Shown piece after piece: positions 1 to 12,800 of a stretch of DNA of 64,000 nucleotides. Made by a program: the position numbers and the translations under genes. Origin of the DNA: the human T2T-CHM13v2.0 reference genome, Homo sapiens; the NCBI GenBank assembly GCA_009914755.4, contig CP068257.2, positions 288,001 to 352,000 of the forward strand, written 5' to 3'. The notes beneath the pieces were generated by a model. That model searched no databases and had not been told where the DNA came from. It worked only from the letters and a program-made list of their open reading frames with translations. Within the stretch, counting starts at the first letter, position 1. Every line of letters begins with the position of its first letter.

Positions 1-109
1 GAGATAGGGAAACCACATGGTATCCCTTTCACTACATTCTACTCATTAGAAGGAAGTCAGTAAGGCTGGCCCATATTCTGCTTTTTAAATGGGATGAATG
101 TAGCTTCTC

Positions 110-1950
110 TTTTGTTTTAATTGACACATATATACATAATTATGGGCTATAGAGTGATATTTTTATACATGTATATAGTGTGTAATGATCAAGCTAACTA
201 GCACATTTACTACTTCAACCATTTTTCATTTCTTTGAATTGTGAACATTCAAAATCTTCTGGCTTTTTAAAAATATACAATAAGTCATAGTTAACCATAT
301 TCACCCTACAATGCCACAGAACACCAGAACCCACTCCTCTTATCTAACTGTAATTCTGTATCCATTAACCAGCCTCACCTCCCCTACTTCTGTGAGCTTT
401 TTTTTGTTAAGAGACAGGGTCTTGCTAGTGTAGTCTGGGCTCTGGGCAACTGTAGTCACCCAGACTGGAGACAGTGGTTTGATCATAGTTCACTGCAGCC
501 TCAAACTCTTGGGCCCATCTGATCCTCACACCTCAGCCTCCTGAGCAGCTGGCATTATGGGCATGCACCATTGCACTTGTCTGATTTTTGACTTTGTAGA
601 GATATCTCCCTATGTTGCCCAGGGAGCTCTGGAACTTTTGGCCTCAAATGATTCTCTTGCCTTGGTCTTACAAAGAGCTAGGAAATTACAGGCATCAGCC
701 ATATTGCCCAGCCTTCAATTTTCCTTTAGCTCCCACACATGAGTAAGAATGTGCAGTATTTCTCTTTCTGTGTCTGCACTTAACATAACATCCGTCAGAC
801 TGATCCACGTGGCCACGAATAATAGGATTTAATTCCTTTATACGGTGAATAGTATTCCACTGTGTTTGTGTGCCACAGTTTTTCGTCCATTCATTTGGTG
901 ATGGACATGTAGGTTGATTCCATACACAAGCTGTTGTGGATAGTGCTACAGTAAACATATGAGGACAGGTATCCTTTTGATCTATTGTTTTCTTTTCTAT
1001 TGCCTGAATACCCAGTAGTGGGATTGCTGGATCCCTCGGCAGTCCCATTATTAGTTTTTTTGAGAAAACCTCCTGTTGTTCTCTATAGTGGCTGCACTAA
1101 TTTACCTTCCCACCAACAGCATGTAAGAGTTTACTGTTCTCTGGAGCCTCACGAGCATTTGTTATTTTTTTTGTCTTTTCAATGACAGCAATTTATTCAA
1201 ATTGAAGCAAGATTATATCACATTGTAGATTTGATTTGTATTTCCCTGAGGATTAGTGATACTGAGCATTTTAAAATTTATTTATTGGTTATTTGTATTT
1301 CTTTTTCTAAAAAAAAGTATAGTTACATATTTTGCCCAATTTTAAACTCAGATTTTTTTTACTGTGAAGTTGTTTGAGTTTTTTTGTATATTTTGTATAT
1401 TAGTCCCTTATTAGGTGAACAACTTGACAATATTTTCTCCTATTCTACAGGTTTTTTCTTCACTCAGTTGTTTGTTGGACAGAAGCTCTTTAGCTTAATG
1501 TAGTGTCATTTGTCTATGATTTGTTGTTTGCCTATGCTTCTGATGTCTTACCCATAAAAATCTTTGTGCAGACTAATATCCTCAAGCATTTTCCCTATAT
1601 TTACTTAGAGTAGTTTGATAATTTTGGGCCTTACATTTCAGTCTTCAATCGATTCTGAGTTTATGTTGTTATATGGTGTTACATAGGAAGCTAATATCAT
1701 TCTTCTCCATATGGATATTTAGTTTTCCCAGTGTCATTCATTTGAAGAGGCTGTCCTTTCCCCAGCGTATGTTCTTGGCATGTTCGTCCAAAATCAGTTG
1801 GCTGGAAATATGTGGATTTATTTCTGGGTGCCGTATTCTATGGTCTTTACTCCAAGAATCATTACTTCTTAAAATGCAATTCAAATTAGCATGAAACATT
1901 TGCAGTTTAAGGAAAGGCTTATAGCATCAGAATCCTTAATCATAGATTTC
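110..1950 (-). mobile_element. LINE-1, older L1PA/L1PB/L1MA type, 3' portion, antisense; interrupted by the Alu at 398-713
   Basis: 121-200 is the reverse complement of the L1 3'UTR end (gatcattacacattgtatacatgtatcaaaatatcac). 285-330 carries the ttaaccatattcaccctacaatgc...aacaccagaac motif typical of older L1 3'UTRs. 730-1900 matches antisense L1 ORF2 C-terminus/3' region (cccacacatgagtaagaatgtgcag..., ttctcctattctacaggtt...cagaagctctttagctta). Confidence 0.6.
398..713 (-). mobile_element. Alu, older AluJ/S-like, inserted into the L1
   Basis: A poly-T head precedes an antisense Alu body (gagacagggtcttgc...cactgcagcctcaaactcttgggc...cctcagcctcctgag...attacaggcatcagccatattgcccagcc). Confidence 0.85.
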
Positions 1951-1964
1951 ATTATTTTGTGTTG

Positions 1965-2245
1965 TTTTTTGAGATAGGGTCTTTGTCTGTCATCCAGGCA
2001 GAAGTGCAGTGATAATAATTCACTGCAGCCCTGAACTCTGGGTACAAGCCATCCTTTTGCCTCAGTATCCCAACTAGCTGGGTCTACAGGCATGAGCCAC
2101 CATGCCCGGGTAATTAAAAATTTTTTTTTGTAGAGATGGGGGACTCACTATGTTGCTCTGGCTGATCTCAAATTCCTGGCCTCAAGTGATCTTTCTGCCA
2201 CAGCTTTTTAGAGTGCTAGGATTACAGGCATGAGCCACCATGTCT
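1965..2245 (-). mobile_element. Alu
   Basis: ttttttgagatagggtc...gcctcagtatcccaactagctggg...gctaggattacaggcatgagccaccatgtct. Antisense Alu with a poly-T head. Confidence 0.85.
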
Positions 2246-2594
2246 AATATAGAGTGTAATATTATTTTCAAAGTCTTATTCCTAGACCCATTTATTGACT
2301 TTGGCCTAAATAACTCAATATGATATCTCTGAAACTTTTTTTGACATACTGTGGGGAATGATAATGAAGGAAGGGGGTTAGACACTTTTTACTAGGAGAT
2401 AACTTTGTGCCATTTAAGGAGGAACAAAAATGAATTATCGAAAAATAAAAGTAAAATGAAGTACAAAAATTCTGTGGCAAAGATGATGATAGTAAAGAAT
2501 ATATTTTTATGACTCATGGTAGCTTTAACTTTGTTCTTAAAATTCTGAGTAATTTCAGGGTTCACATTTGAAGAATCTGCTGCATTACAGATAA

Positions 2595-3095
<501 letters not shown>

Positions 3096-3559
3096 TAGAA
3101 AAAAATGGTATCTCTTTTTTCTTTTAAATATTTAAATTTCCATTATTATTATAACAAAATCAATCTTTCAGAGTAATGATTCTCATTATGGAGTCATTTG
3201 ATGATTAAGACCAGTTGGCATAGGAAGAAATTGTGATTTAGAAATTATGTGATAATTATGAATTGGTCTTAAGCTACAGTGTTCATTGATCACTTTTTCA
3301 AATTACGAATGGATTCTATTACTTTTTATATGACCAGATTACATTAATACTAGCATAATTATGATTTCAAATTTTTACAAATCAGACTTAATTCTGAATT
3401 CAGTTATTAGTTTTGGTATTGCTGAAATATTTTAACCTTCAGCCTCTTTTTTAACATATTCAAAAATACTCTTTGAATCGCTGACTCAAAATGAAAGGCA
3501 ACAAACATAATAATTAGGTTATAATTGTTTTAAAAGTGTATTCTTTTCCTCTGTTTTAG

Positions 3560-3774
<215 letters not shown>

Positions 3775-5069
3775 TAAGTCAAAACATACACTCATAGAAA
3801 ATGAATTAAGCTCATTAATTTGTTTCAAAAGCATAATTTTTAGTGAGATGGCTTCAGGAGATTAGAAGGAAGTAAACGTTAATTTGACAATGTAATTTTG
3901 AAAAATAATGTTAGTAAATAATCTTACCTTTAAAATGTTAGTCAAAGATAGTTTTAGTCTCTCCTCTCATTTTTTTTTTTTGCTTTTGTATGGCTTTTTT
4001 TCCTGAAAAGTCTCATGTAATTAACCTGATCTGTTAGTTTTCTTCACTAAGTATTTTTGAAGCTTTATAATTAATAAAGTGATCTTGTTATAAAATTACT
4101 TGTCAGAATTTCCCTAAATAGAAATATTAATGTGTTTAATTTACTTTTCTGTAGATCACAACCTAAATGCAAAGTGGTACTGCTACTCTGGGCACAATTG
4201 TTTTTGATTGTGATCTTTAGTATTATCACCAGAGTGTGCCTCAAGAAAGACTATTTGTGTAACATATTCAAGATGTTACAGAAAGGCACCCTTGTGAAAT
4301 AGGGAATAATTATCACAGGAATTTAAAGAAGTGTAATTCACAAAGCGGTTAAAAAATAACACCTTGTTCAGCCTGAAGTGTTGTGTGGAAGGCAGAAAGA
4401 ACATGCCCCACCTCCAGGGCCTTGGTCACAGTGTTGGGGGCTAATTGCCTTCAGAGATGCTTTAGTTCTTTTTGATCACCAACCAGACAATCTAGTTCTC
4501 CCCTAGGAGTTGTTGCTCTGAATTATTCCTCAGTGCCAAATGTTTAATTGGTCCTAGATAATGGGTGAAATGTACAAGAGTGAAATCTAAAACTGGTTTA
4601 CTAAACACAAGTATTCCTAGATTTTTTTTTTGTTCATTTTAGTTTTCTTCACCTACATTAAGGAGTACAACATGATGTTTTGATATAATTATTTCTAGTG
4701 AAGTGGTTCTTATAATCAAGCAAATCAACATATTCATTTTCCCACATTATTACCCTTTAAATACAAGTATTTCTAATGGAATCTTCAGAATCTTACAAGT
4801 AGAGCCATTTTAGAAGGCAGGAAGTTTTACCTGTTGAGCCATACATCACTGATAGCCATTTCTCTTCCCTGTCTACTTTGTTTGAACTGCTTGTTCAGTA
4901 GAAATCACCTTAGAAACAATGGTGCTTCTTTAGAACGATTTTAAAATTATAATTCCTTACAACAGGTATGCTCTTACACATCTTCTGTGTGAAAACACTA
5001 TTTAGTGGGTAATTTGGCTTACTCTCAGGGTAAGTTTTTAAAAACTGCAAGTCATTAAGAATCATTAAG

Positions 5070-5550
5070 AAGCCTGGTCAGTGGGGGGACCTAGTCAGTG
5101 TTGGCCTTATTAGTGTGGCCTGATCAGTTGGAACATAAACAATGAAAAACTGGTTGATGGGGCATATACAGTATATCAGAGGCCTGGTCAGTGTGGGGCC
5201 TTAGTGGCTTGGAGCCTGGTCAGTGAGGGCCTGGTCAGAGGGGGCTCCGTCAGCTAGGGACTCATCCATGGAGAATTGTTCAGTGGGGGGTCGTGTGAGC
5301 AGCAACCTGGTAAATTGTGGTCTTGTCAGTGGGAAACCAGTCTTGTCAGTGGGACCAGGTCAGTGGAAAATTGGTCAGTGTGGTCTGGCCCATGAGACCT
5401 ATCAAATGCGGGCCTGGTTAGGAAGACATGGTCAGTGGGGACTTGATCAGTGGAACCTGGTCAATGGAGGAGTGGTCATTAGGGGTCTCATCACTCATCA
5501 CTGGGAACCTGGTCAGGGGCGATTGGTCAGTACGTGGCCTGCTGGCCACT
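5070..5550. repeat. G-rich minisatellite, 16-20 bp unit GGCCTGGTCAGTGGGG(N), about 25 copies; locus 1 of 3
   Basis: The motif cctggtcagtg(g/a)gg recurs throughout this interval. ORF 5223-5720 translates it to iterated GLVSG-like peptides. Confidence 0.75.
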
Positions 5551-5884
5551 ATGTGACCTTAGGCAGGGGGTTTTTCTGTGTAACCTCCTTGCCTCCATCT
5601 GCAGGGAAGATGAGTCAGGGCACCCAAGAGGGTGGCTGGAAAGAGAAGGTGAGAAGATGTGTTGAATCCAATATTGTTTGGCAGACCTACAACTTTACAA
5701 ATGACCTGTGTTCCACCTAGAGAGGGTCCCAGCCCTCAGCAGTATGCAGTGCCTCTCCTCTGTCTGCATCCCCAGGACCACCATGGGTGGGGAGGGCAGA
5801 GATTGGGGAGCACCTATAGAGGCTCTAATGCTCTAAGGTGACAGTGATGAGGACCTGGGTGCACCCATGAGTGGAGAAGCTAGG

Positions 5885-5960
5885 CCTGTCCAGAGAAGCA
5901 AGACAAACACACACATACGCACACACACACACACACACACAGGCACACATGCATACACAA
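5885..5960. repeat. Imperfect (CA)n microsatellite
   Basis: acacacacatacgcacacacacacacacacacacaggcacacatgcatacacaaacacat. Confidence 0.8.
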
Positions 5961-6819
5961 ACACATTGTATACACACATGTCAGTTCAGGGGATAGAGGA
6001 CACTGACTCTGAGCCCTGTTGACCCAAGCAGGCTCCCGTTGTGGTGGGTTGTGTCACCCCACAATGTCACTCTTCCTGAGTACCCATGGCCTCTGTGTTA
6101 TGGAGAAGTTAGAGACACACAGCAGTGTCTGTGAGTAGCTCTGCGTGAAGGACCTTTTTCTAGATGACAGACACATCTCAACACAGCTCACTGATCAGAC
6201 TCAGGTGAGTGGGACCTGCTCTCCTCTCTTCCTCCTGGCTTGGGGACAGTCACTATGAGGTGGGTGGTTTTGGCCTCTGGGCAGCTACTGAGGGTAATCC
6301 CTGAACACTCACCGGGTGCCTCTTCTGTGCTGAGAGTCGTCTCATTCATCCTCATAGCAATTCCATTCTGCATTTTTCTCATCACCCCCATGACCACCCA
6401 GGACAACCCCATCAGGGCCCTGTCACCAGGCCCAGTCCAGCTCCATGATAACCAAGACACAGGTCCAGAGACAACCGTCCTGCATCGTGCCTGCATCTGA
6501 TCCCCCTTGGTGGGTAGTGACCAGCACAACATGGAAGAAGCCAGGGCAGCATGCAGCTCTGCAGCCCCAGATGGCTCCTGGGCCTTGGGAAGTCATTCTT
6601 AAAGGGGAAGCTGGTCATTTTGAGGTCCCTGAAGGGAAGGATGAATGTGCATCCCAACAGCCCTGGAAGCCAGCAGCCAGCGGCATGCCATACATCTTCT
6701 CACCCAACGTGTGTGACAGAGGCCCCCTCCTGGGGCACAAGCCCCATACCTAAAGCATCCTGTCCCAGTCGGACCTCATCTTGAGCCCTGGGAGGGGAGG
6801 GACACCATGGGCCCCCCTG

Positions 6820-7440
6820 CAGCAGCCAGGATTACCACCCAGGGGACTCGGCCTTCTGTGGCCCTGGCCAGACTTAGAATTTGGCCCAAGATAAGCTTAC
6901 TCAGAGCAACTTCTCAGTACCTGGGGCCTGTGCATGCCAGGCAAGGACAGGCTGGCTCAAAGAGCAACCAGCTACCTCTGCAAGGGTGTGCCAGGAGCAG
7001 GTGGAGCAGTCACCAACCTCACCCAATCAAGGAAACAGGGATGGCCAGGTTCCCACAGTCTGAGTGACCATCACCTGACAGCTGATGGAGTGGAGGCCTG
7101 AGGAAAAGCAGATGGAACTGGGGCTCTACCTCAAGGGCAGAGTAACTGATTTATCCTGACTGGCAGGGAGTGACGTTGGTGGCTGGTCCATCAGCTCCTG
7201 GCACACCATTGCAGAGGTGGCTGGTTGCTCTTTGAGCCAGCTTGGCTTTGCCTGGGATGCATAGGAGTCAGTGCAACAAATGTGCTGCAAATGGAGCCAC
7301 ATAGAGGAAAGGAGCAGCAGGCTCAGGAGCGGGGTGTGTGCCACCTTTGGGGCTCCAGTCCAAGCATCGGGGCTTCTACAGCACTGTGGGCTTCTCGGGT
7401 GCCAAGAGGCAGACCACAGGACATCTTGAGGAGGACTCTG
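6820..7440. repeat. Single (about 0.85) copy of the 730 bp tandem unit that is arrayed at 36065-39420
   Basis: gcagccaggattaccacccaggggactcggccttctgtggccctggccagacttagaatttggcccaag...gagccagcttggctttgcctgggatgcat matches unit landmarks seen at 36430, 37150, 37800, 38580 and 39245. Confidence 0.7.
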
Positions 7441-7540
7441 GTAAGAGCTTCCTTGGGTATGTGGATGATGTCCAGAATGTTGGCCTGGTGTCCCTGAGAC
7501 AGCACTAACAGGTCCATGACTGGGTCCAGGTCCTGCCTGG
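7441..7540 (-). repeat. Left arm of an inverted repeat; partner at 8045-8144
   Basis: The reverse complement of 7441-7540 is ccaggcaggacctggacccagtcatggacctgttagtgctgtctcagggacaccaggccaacattctggacatcatccacatacccaaggaagctcttac. This is about 95% identical to 8045-8144. Confidence 0.8.
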
Positions 7541-7634
7541 GCTGATGGGCAAAGAGCTCACTGACAGTGTGGAAGCATCTATTTTGAAGTAGGATCTATG
7601 TTCAAGTGCAGAAAGAGCCCAATCTTGTAGATGA

Positions 7635-9830
7635 ACCACACAGCCAGCTTCTGGGTGCAGGCACAGTGCCACATTTTTTGTCACTTCCTGATGTGCCCCA
7701 CCAGCACTGAAGAGATAGCCTGGAGACAGGGCAAGAGGAAGGCTGAGAAGGATGAGATGGTGAGTGCCAGATTCTTCCTGGCCCTGAGCTCACCCCCAGG
7801 GTGACGCTCAACTTTTAGGAGTGAGAGAGGAAGATTGATGGCTTCAAGTGCTTCACCAAGAAGATGGACAACAGGGCACTCAGCTCAACTTCACAGCCAA
7901 TGAGTGGCGACAGGCTTTGAGAAAGAGAATCAGAAGCCTGACAGTTCTTCTTCAGCCTCAGCCAGGCCTTGAAGCTGGACCAGGCCATCCACATCAGTAT
8001 AGATGCCTTCCACTCTGTCAGTGAGCTCTTTGCCAGTCAGTCCAGGCAGGACCTGGACCCAGCCATGGACCTGTTAGTGCTGTCTCAGGGACACCAGACC
8101 AACATCCTGGACATCATCCACATACACAAGGAAGCTCTTACCAAAGTCACGGAGAACAGGCAACATGTGGCAGAAGGGAAGACAGAGGTGCAGAGGCTGA
8201 TGACGTCAGAATCACAGGAACAGGATTTCTTTGGCCACTTTGGCTGAAATTCACCACTTCCATCCAATTCCAGTGAGAGACATGGACTCACAGATGGAGC
8301 ATTTCTTGCAACAAGAGATACTACTTTTTCAAAAAGTCACCCAGGAATTGATAGTGTTGAATGACTCGATACTCGATCGTGGATGGTTTCCAGTTCAAGG
8401 ATACTTTCTACAGCAGAATAATAATACTAGCAAACAGCTAGTACAAGGACGGTTTTGTGCTCAACTGAAATCCAGCTGAATACAGAATTGTACAGGAAAC
8501 AGTTAATATGGTGATAGAATAGAAACAGTAGCAAACGTGAACTAAATCATACTATGAATGCCTAAACTACTGCTGTAACTTTTGGAAAAATGATAATACC
8601 ACTTTATTGCTTTTCGAAGTATGAATATTTTAGTGTATATGCTCTAGACCTCAAACTCTATAAAGAGTCTCAAAGAAGTTGGCTGGATAAAGCCTGCTGT
8701 GGATGTCTTTATATTCAAAGATTGATGATGCAATTTGAATATGTGTCCCCACCAAATCTCATGTTGAATTATATTTCCTAATGTGGAAGTTGGATCCTGG
8801 TATAAGGTGATTGAATTATGAAGGCAAATTTCTCATGAATGGTTCAGCACCATCCCCTTGTACCATCCTTACAATAATGAGTGACTTCTCATGAGATGTG
8901 GTCACTGAAAACTCTATATCACCTCCCTACTCTCCGTGTTTTCCCCTTGCCATGTGAGACAATTGATTCTTTCTTTGCCTTCCATGATTATTGAAAGATT
9001 TCTGAGGCCTAGAAGCAGAAGCACTCTGCTTAGAACCATGAGCCAATTAAACCTCTTTTTCAAAATAAATCATACAGAAAATGGTAAATGAGGACTGGAG
9101 CATTGCTATAAAGATACCTGGAAATGTGCAACCAGCTTTGGAACCAGGTAATGGAAGGAGGTTGGAAGAGTTTGGAGGGCTCAAAAGAAGACAGATAGAT
9201 GAGAAAACTTTTGGACCATCTTAGAGTCTGGTTCAATGGTTGTGACAAAAATCCTGACAGAAAAATGGACAGTGAAGGCCAGGCTGAGGAGGTCTCAGAG
9301 AGAAATAAGAAGCTTTCTGGAAAATGTCTTCCTTTTGGATATGGAAAGCTTACACAATGCCTGTACCATCATTGTACCTTAGAAGCAGTGGCCTTGCTTT
9401 TTATTTCAGAGACTCATAGGCAAAAGAGACTGTAGCCTTGACCCAGAGGAAACTTTGGACTTTGTAACTTTGAGTTAATCCTGAAATGAGTTAAGACTTT
9501 GGGAGACTGCTGGCAAGGCATGATTATATTTTGCAATGTGAGAAGGACATGAGATTCATGGGGTCAAGGACAAAATATACGGTTTTTCTCTATGTCCTTA
9601 CCAAAACTCACGTGGAATTATATTTTGTAATGTTAGAGGCAAGGTCTAGGTTGAAAAAGATTTAGTCATAAAATGGTGCAGGTAGATACTTCACGAATGA
9701 TAAAGGACCATCACCTTGATGCTATCCTCCTGATAATGAGTGAGTTCTCACGAGATCTGGTTGTTTAACAGATCTCATCCTCCTGCTCCTGCTTTAGGAG
9801 ACATCTCATTGTCCCTTGGCTTTCTGATAT
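7635..9830. repeat. Intra-window segmental duplication, copy 1; paralog at about 39415-41700
   Basis: Long collinear matches to copy 2. Examples are gcacagtgccacat...ccagcactgaagagatagcc...ggaaggctgagaaggatgagatggtgagtgc, agcctcagccaggccttgaagctggaccaggccatccaca, ggaacaggatttctttggccactttggctgaaattcaccacttccatccaattc, and ccatgagccaattaaacctctttttcaaaataaatcatacagaaaatggtaaatgaggactggagcatt. Confidence 0.75.
8045..8144 (+). repeat. Right arm of the inverted repeat; a third, direct copy lies at about 39845-39945
   Basis: ccaggcaggacctggacccagccatggacctgttagtgctgtctcagggacaccagaccaacatcctggacatcatccacatacacaaggaagctcttac. Confidence 0.8.
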
Positions 9831-12800
9831 AATGAGGAGGCTTCCTGATTCCTCCCAGAAACAGAAGACACTATACTTCCTTCACAGCTTGCAGAACCAT
9901 GAGTCAATTACACCTCTTTTATTTACAATAATACAGAAAATTAGAACTGCAGAGAGGAGCTGTGAAATGTCTTCAAGGCCTTTTTCCCTTTGTTTTGGCT
10001 ATTAGCACAGGGCTTCTTTATATGCAAATTTCTGAAATCTTCTTGAATGTTTCCCCTTAAATGGGATTTTTGTTATTGCTACACAGCCAACCTGCTATAC
10101 AGATTTCTGAAAAAGTAGAAGGAGGCTCAGTAGTGGGTAGCAAACAAAGATTGGAAGGGTTTGGAGGGATTAGATTATGACAGGGAGTGGGAGGGAGTGA
10201 TTTAATCATGCATGGGTGGGGGTGGATGTGGAAGGGAAAAAGGGGTGGGTAGGGTGGGAGGGAGTAGACTGGCTGTACGGTGGTGGGAGGGTGGTGGGTA
10301 GTAGGAAGGGAGAGTATCCTGCTGCAGAGGCAGAGTATCATGGAAAATCCCTCCTAGGGAAGTGCACCTGTGGCTTTGCAGGTTTGAGCCCCAATGGCTG
10401 CTCTCAAGGACTGGACTAGTGTTGAGTGCCTGTAGCTTTTCCACACGGAGGGTGCAAGCTGTTGGTGGGTCTATGAATCTGGGGTCTGGAGGGTGGTGGC
10501 CCCCTGCGTGGGGGCTCCAAGTCCATATTTTCCTTCTGCACTGCCCTAGTAGAGGTTTCCCAAGAATGATTCATCTGCAGCAGGCTTCAGCCTGGAAACA
10601 GTGGGAGGTGGGGGTGGGAGGCAGATCCTTCACCAATGGTTAGGCAACATCTTCTTGATGCTGTCCTCATGAAAGTGTGTTCTCATGAGATCTGGTTATA
10701 TAACAGGGTGTGGCACCTCTTTCCTCTCTCAGTCTTGCTTCCACCTCTGCCATTTGAATCATCTCATTGCCCCTTGGCCTTCTGGTATGATTGGAAGGCT
10801 TCCTGATCTGATCCTCCCAGAAGCAGAAGCCACTGTGTTTCCTTTACAGCCTGCTGAACCATGAACCAATTAAACCTCTTTTCTCTATGATCATACAGAA
10901 GATTAGTACTATGAAGTGGAGCCATGAAATGCCTTCCAGGCCCTTTCCCCTTTGTCTTGGCAACCAACACTCAGCTTCTTTTCATGCAAATATCTGAATC
11001 CTTCATGAATTATCCCCCTGAAAATGGACTTTTCTGTTTTACCACATTGCCAGGCTGTGATAAAGATAGCTGACAATGTAGAACCAGGTTCAGAAGTGGG
11101 TAAAAGACAGAGGTCAGAAGAGTTGGGAAAGCTTAGAAGACAGCAAGATGAGGAAAATATTGGACCACTATAGAGAATTGTTAAATACTTGTGATAGGAA
11201 GGCTGACAAAAGTGTAAACACTGAAGTCCAGAACTAAAAGGTCTCAGATGAAAATGAGGAATTTCCTATGAACAGGAGCCAAGATTACATTTGATTGGCC
11301 TTAGCAAAGAAGCTGGCTGCACGGGGACCCTGCCCTGGAGATCTGTGAAACTATGAACTTGGGGGTGATGATTTAGGATGTATCTGGTGAAATGAACATC
11401 TAGGCAGCATAGCACAAGAGGTGTCCTGCCTGCATTGAACAGCCTGTGTTCTTATGGGTGACCTAAGAAGTGACTTCAAGTTGGAACTTCAAGTGGAGAT
11501 CTAAAGTTTGGAAAATTTGGAGCCTGGCTAAGTGGTCAAAAAGAAAAGCCGATTTTGAGGGGGAAAATTCAAGAAGGCTTAAGGTATTTGTATAAAAAGG
11601 AACCCAGTGCATAAAGCCAAGATAGTGGGAAACCGGCCATGAAAGCATTTTAGAGATGTCTGCAGCAGCCCTTGCTGTCACAGGCCCTGGGGCCTAGGAG
11701 AAAAGAATGGTTTCCTAGGCCAGTCCCATGGCCCTGCTGCTGTGCTCAACTGCAGGACACTGCTGCCGGCATCCGTGCAGCTCCAGCACCAGCCATGGCT
11801 GAAAGATGCACAGGTACAGCTTGGGTCATTGCTTCAGAGGTGGCTCAAAGTCTTGATGGTTTCCATATAGTGTTAAGCCAGTAGGTGCACAGAGAAAGAG
11901 ATTAGAGGCTTGAGAACTCCCGTCTAGACTCCAGAAGATGTACAGAAAATCCTGGATGTTCAGGAAGAAGCTTTTCCGAGAGGCAGAGCTTCATGGGGAA
12001 CCTCTACTAGGGGAGCAAAGAAGGGACCTATAGGGTTGAAGCCCCCACACAGGAAGGCATCATTCTCTAAACCCCAGATTCATAGACCCACAAACAGCTT
12101 GCACCCTCAGTGTGGAAAAGCTATGGGCACTTAACAACAGCCCTGTCCATGAGAGACAGCCGCAGAGGCTGAACGCTGCAAAGCCACAGGTGCAGATCTG
12201 CCCAAGGCCTTGGGAGCTCAGCCCTCACAGCACTGTGCCATGGATATGGGACAAGAATTCAAAAATGATGATTTTGGAGCTGTAGCATTAAGTGACTGGC
12301 CTGCTGGGTTTTGGACACTTATGTATCCTATGAGTCATCCATTGCCTGTACAATCATTGTACCTTGGAAGTAGTAAACTTGCTTTATAACTCAGTGGCTC
12401 ATGGGCAGAAGGGACTGTAGACTGGTCTCAGATAAGACTCTGGGCTTTGCGCATTTGAGTAAATGCTGGAATGAGTTAAGATTTGAGAGACTCTAGGGAA
12501 GGCATCATTACATTTTGCAATGTGAGAAAGACATGAACTTTGGGGGACCAGAGACAGAATAATATGTTTTGGCTCTCTGTCTCTACCAAAGCTCATGTGG
12601 AATGTTAATGCGAAATGTTAAAGGTGGGAGCTGGTGGAAGGTGATTTAATCATGGTGGAGAGTGGAGGTTGGATGGTTGGGGGCGCTAGGAGGGTGGGGA
12701 TGGTTGGAGGGAATTGGGGGTGGGGATGGTTGGAGGAGATTGTGGTGGGGTTGGGGATGAAAGGCAGGGGTGGGGGTGGATCCTTCACAAATGGTTAAAC

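Noticed and set aside
5223-5720. A 165-aa ORF over minisatellite locus 1, and similar ORFs at 26627-26998 and 41803-42377
   Set aside because: These are translations of the GGCCTGGTCAGTGGGG repeat as iterated GLVSG-like peptides. The open frame is a consequence of the unit sequence.
7969-8247. The 92-aa [28 protein letters not shown]..., present in three copies, considered as a small gene family
   Set aside because: The copies are repeat arms, two inverted and one paralogous. The divergence pattern of 6 in 60 aa shows no excess of synonymous change that I can verify by eye. I recognise no homolog. A tblastn search is needed before making any claim.
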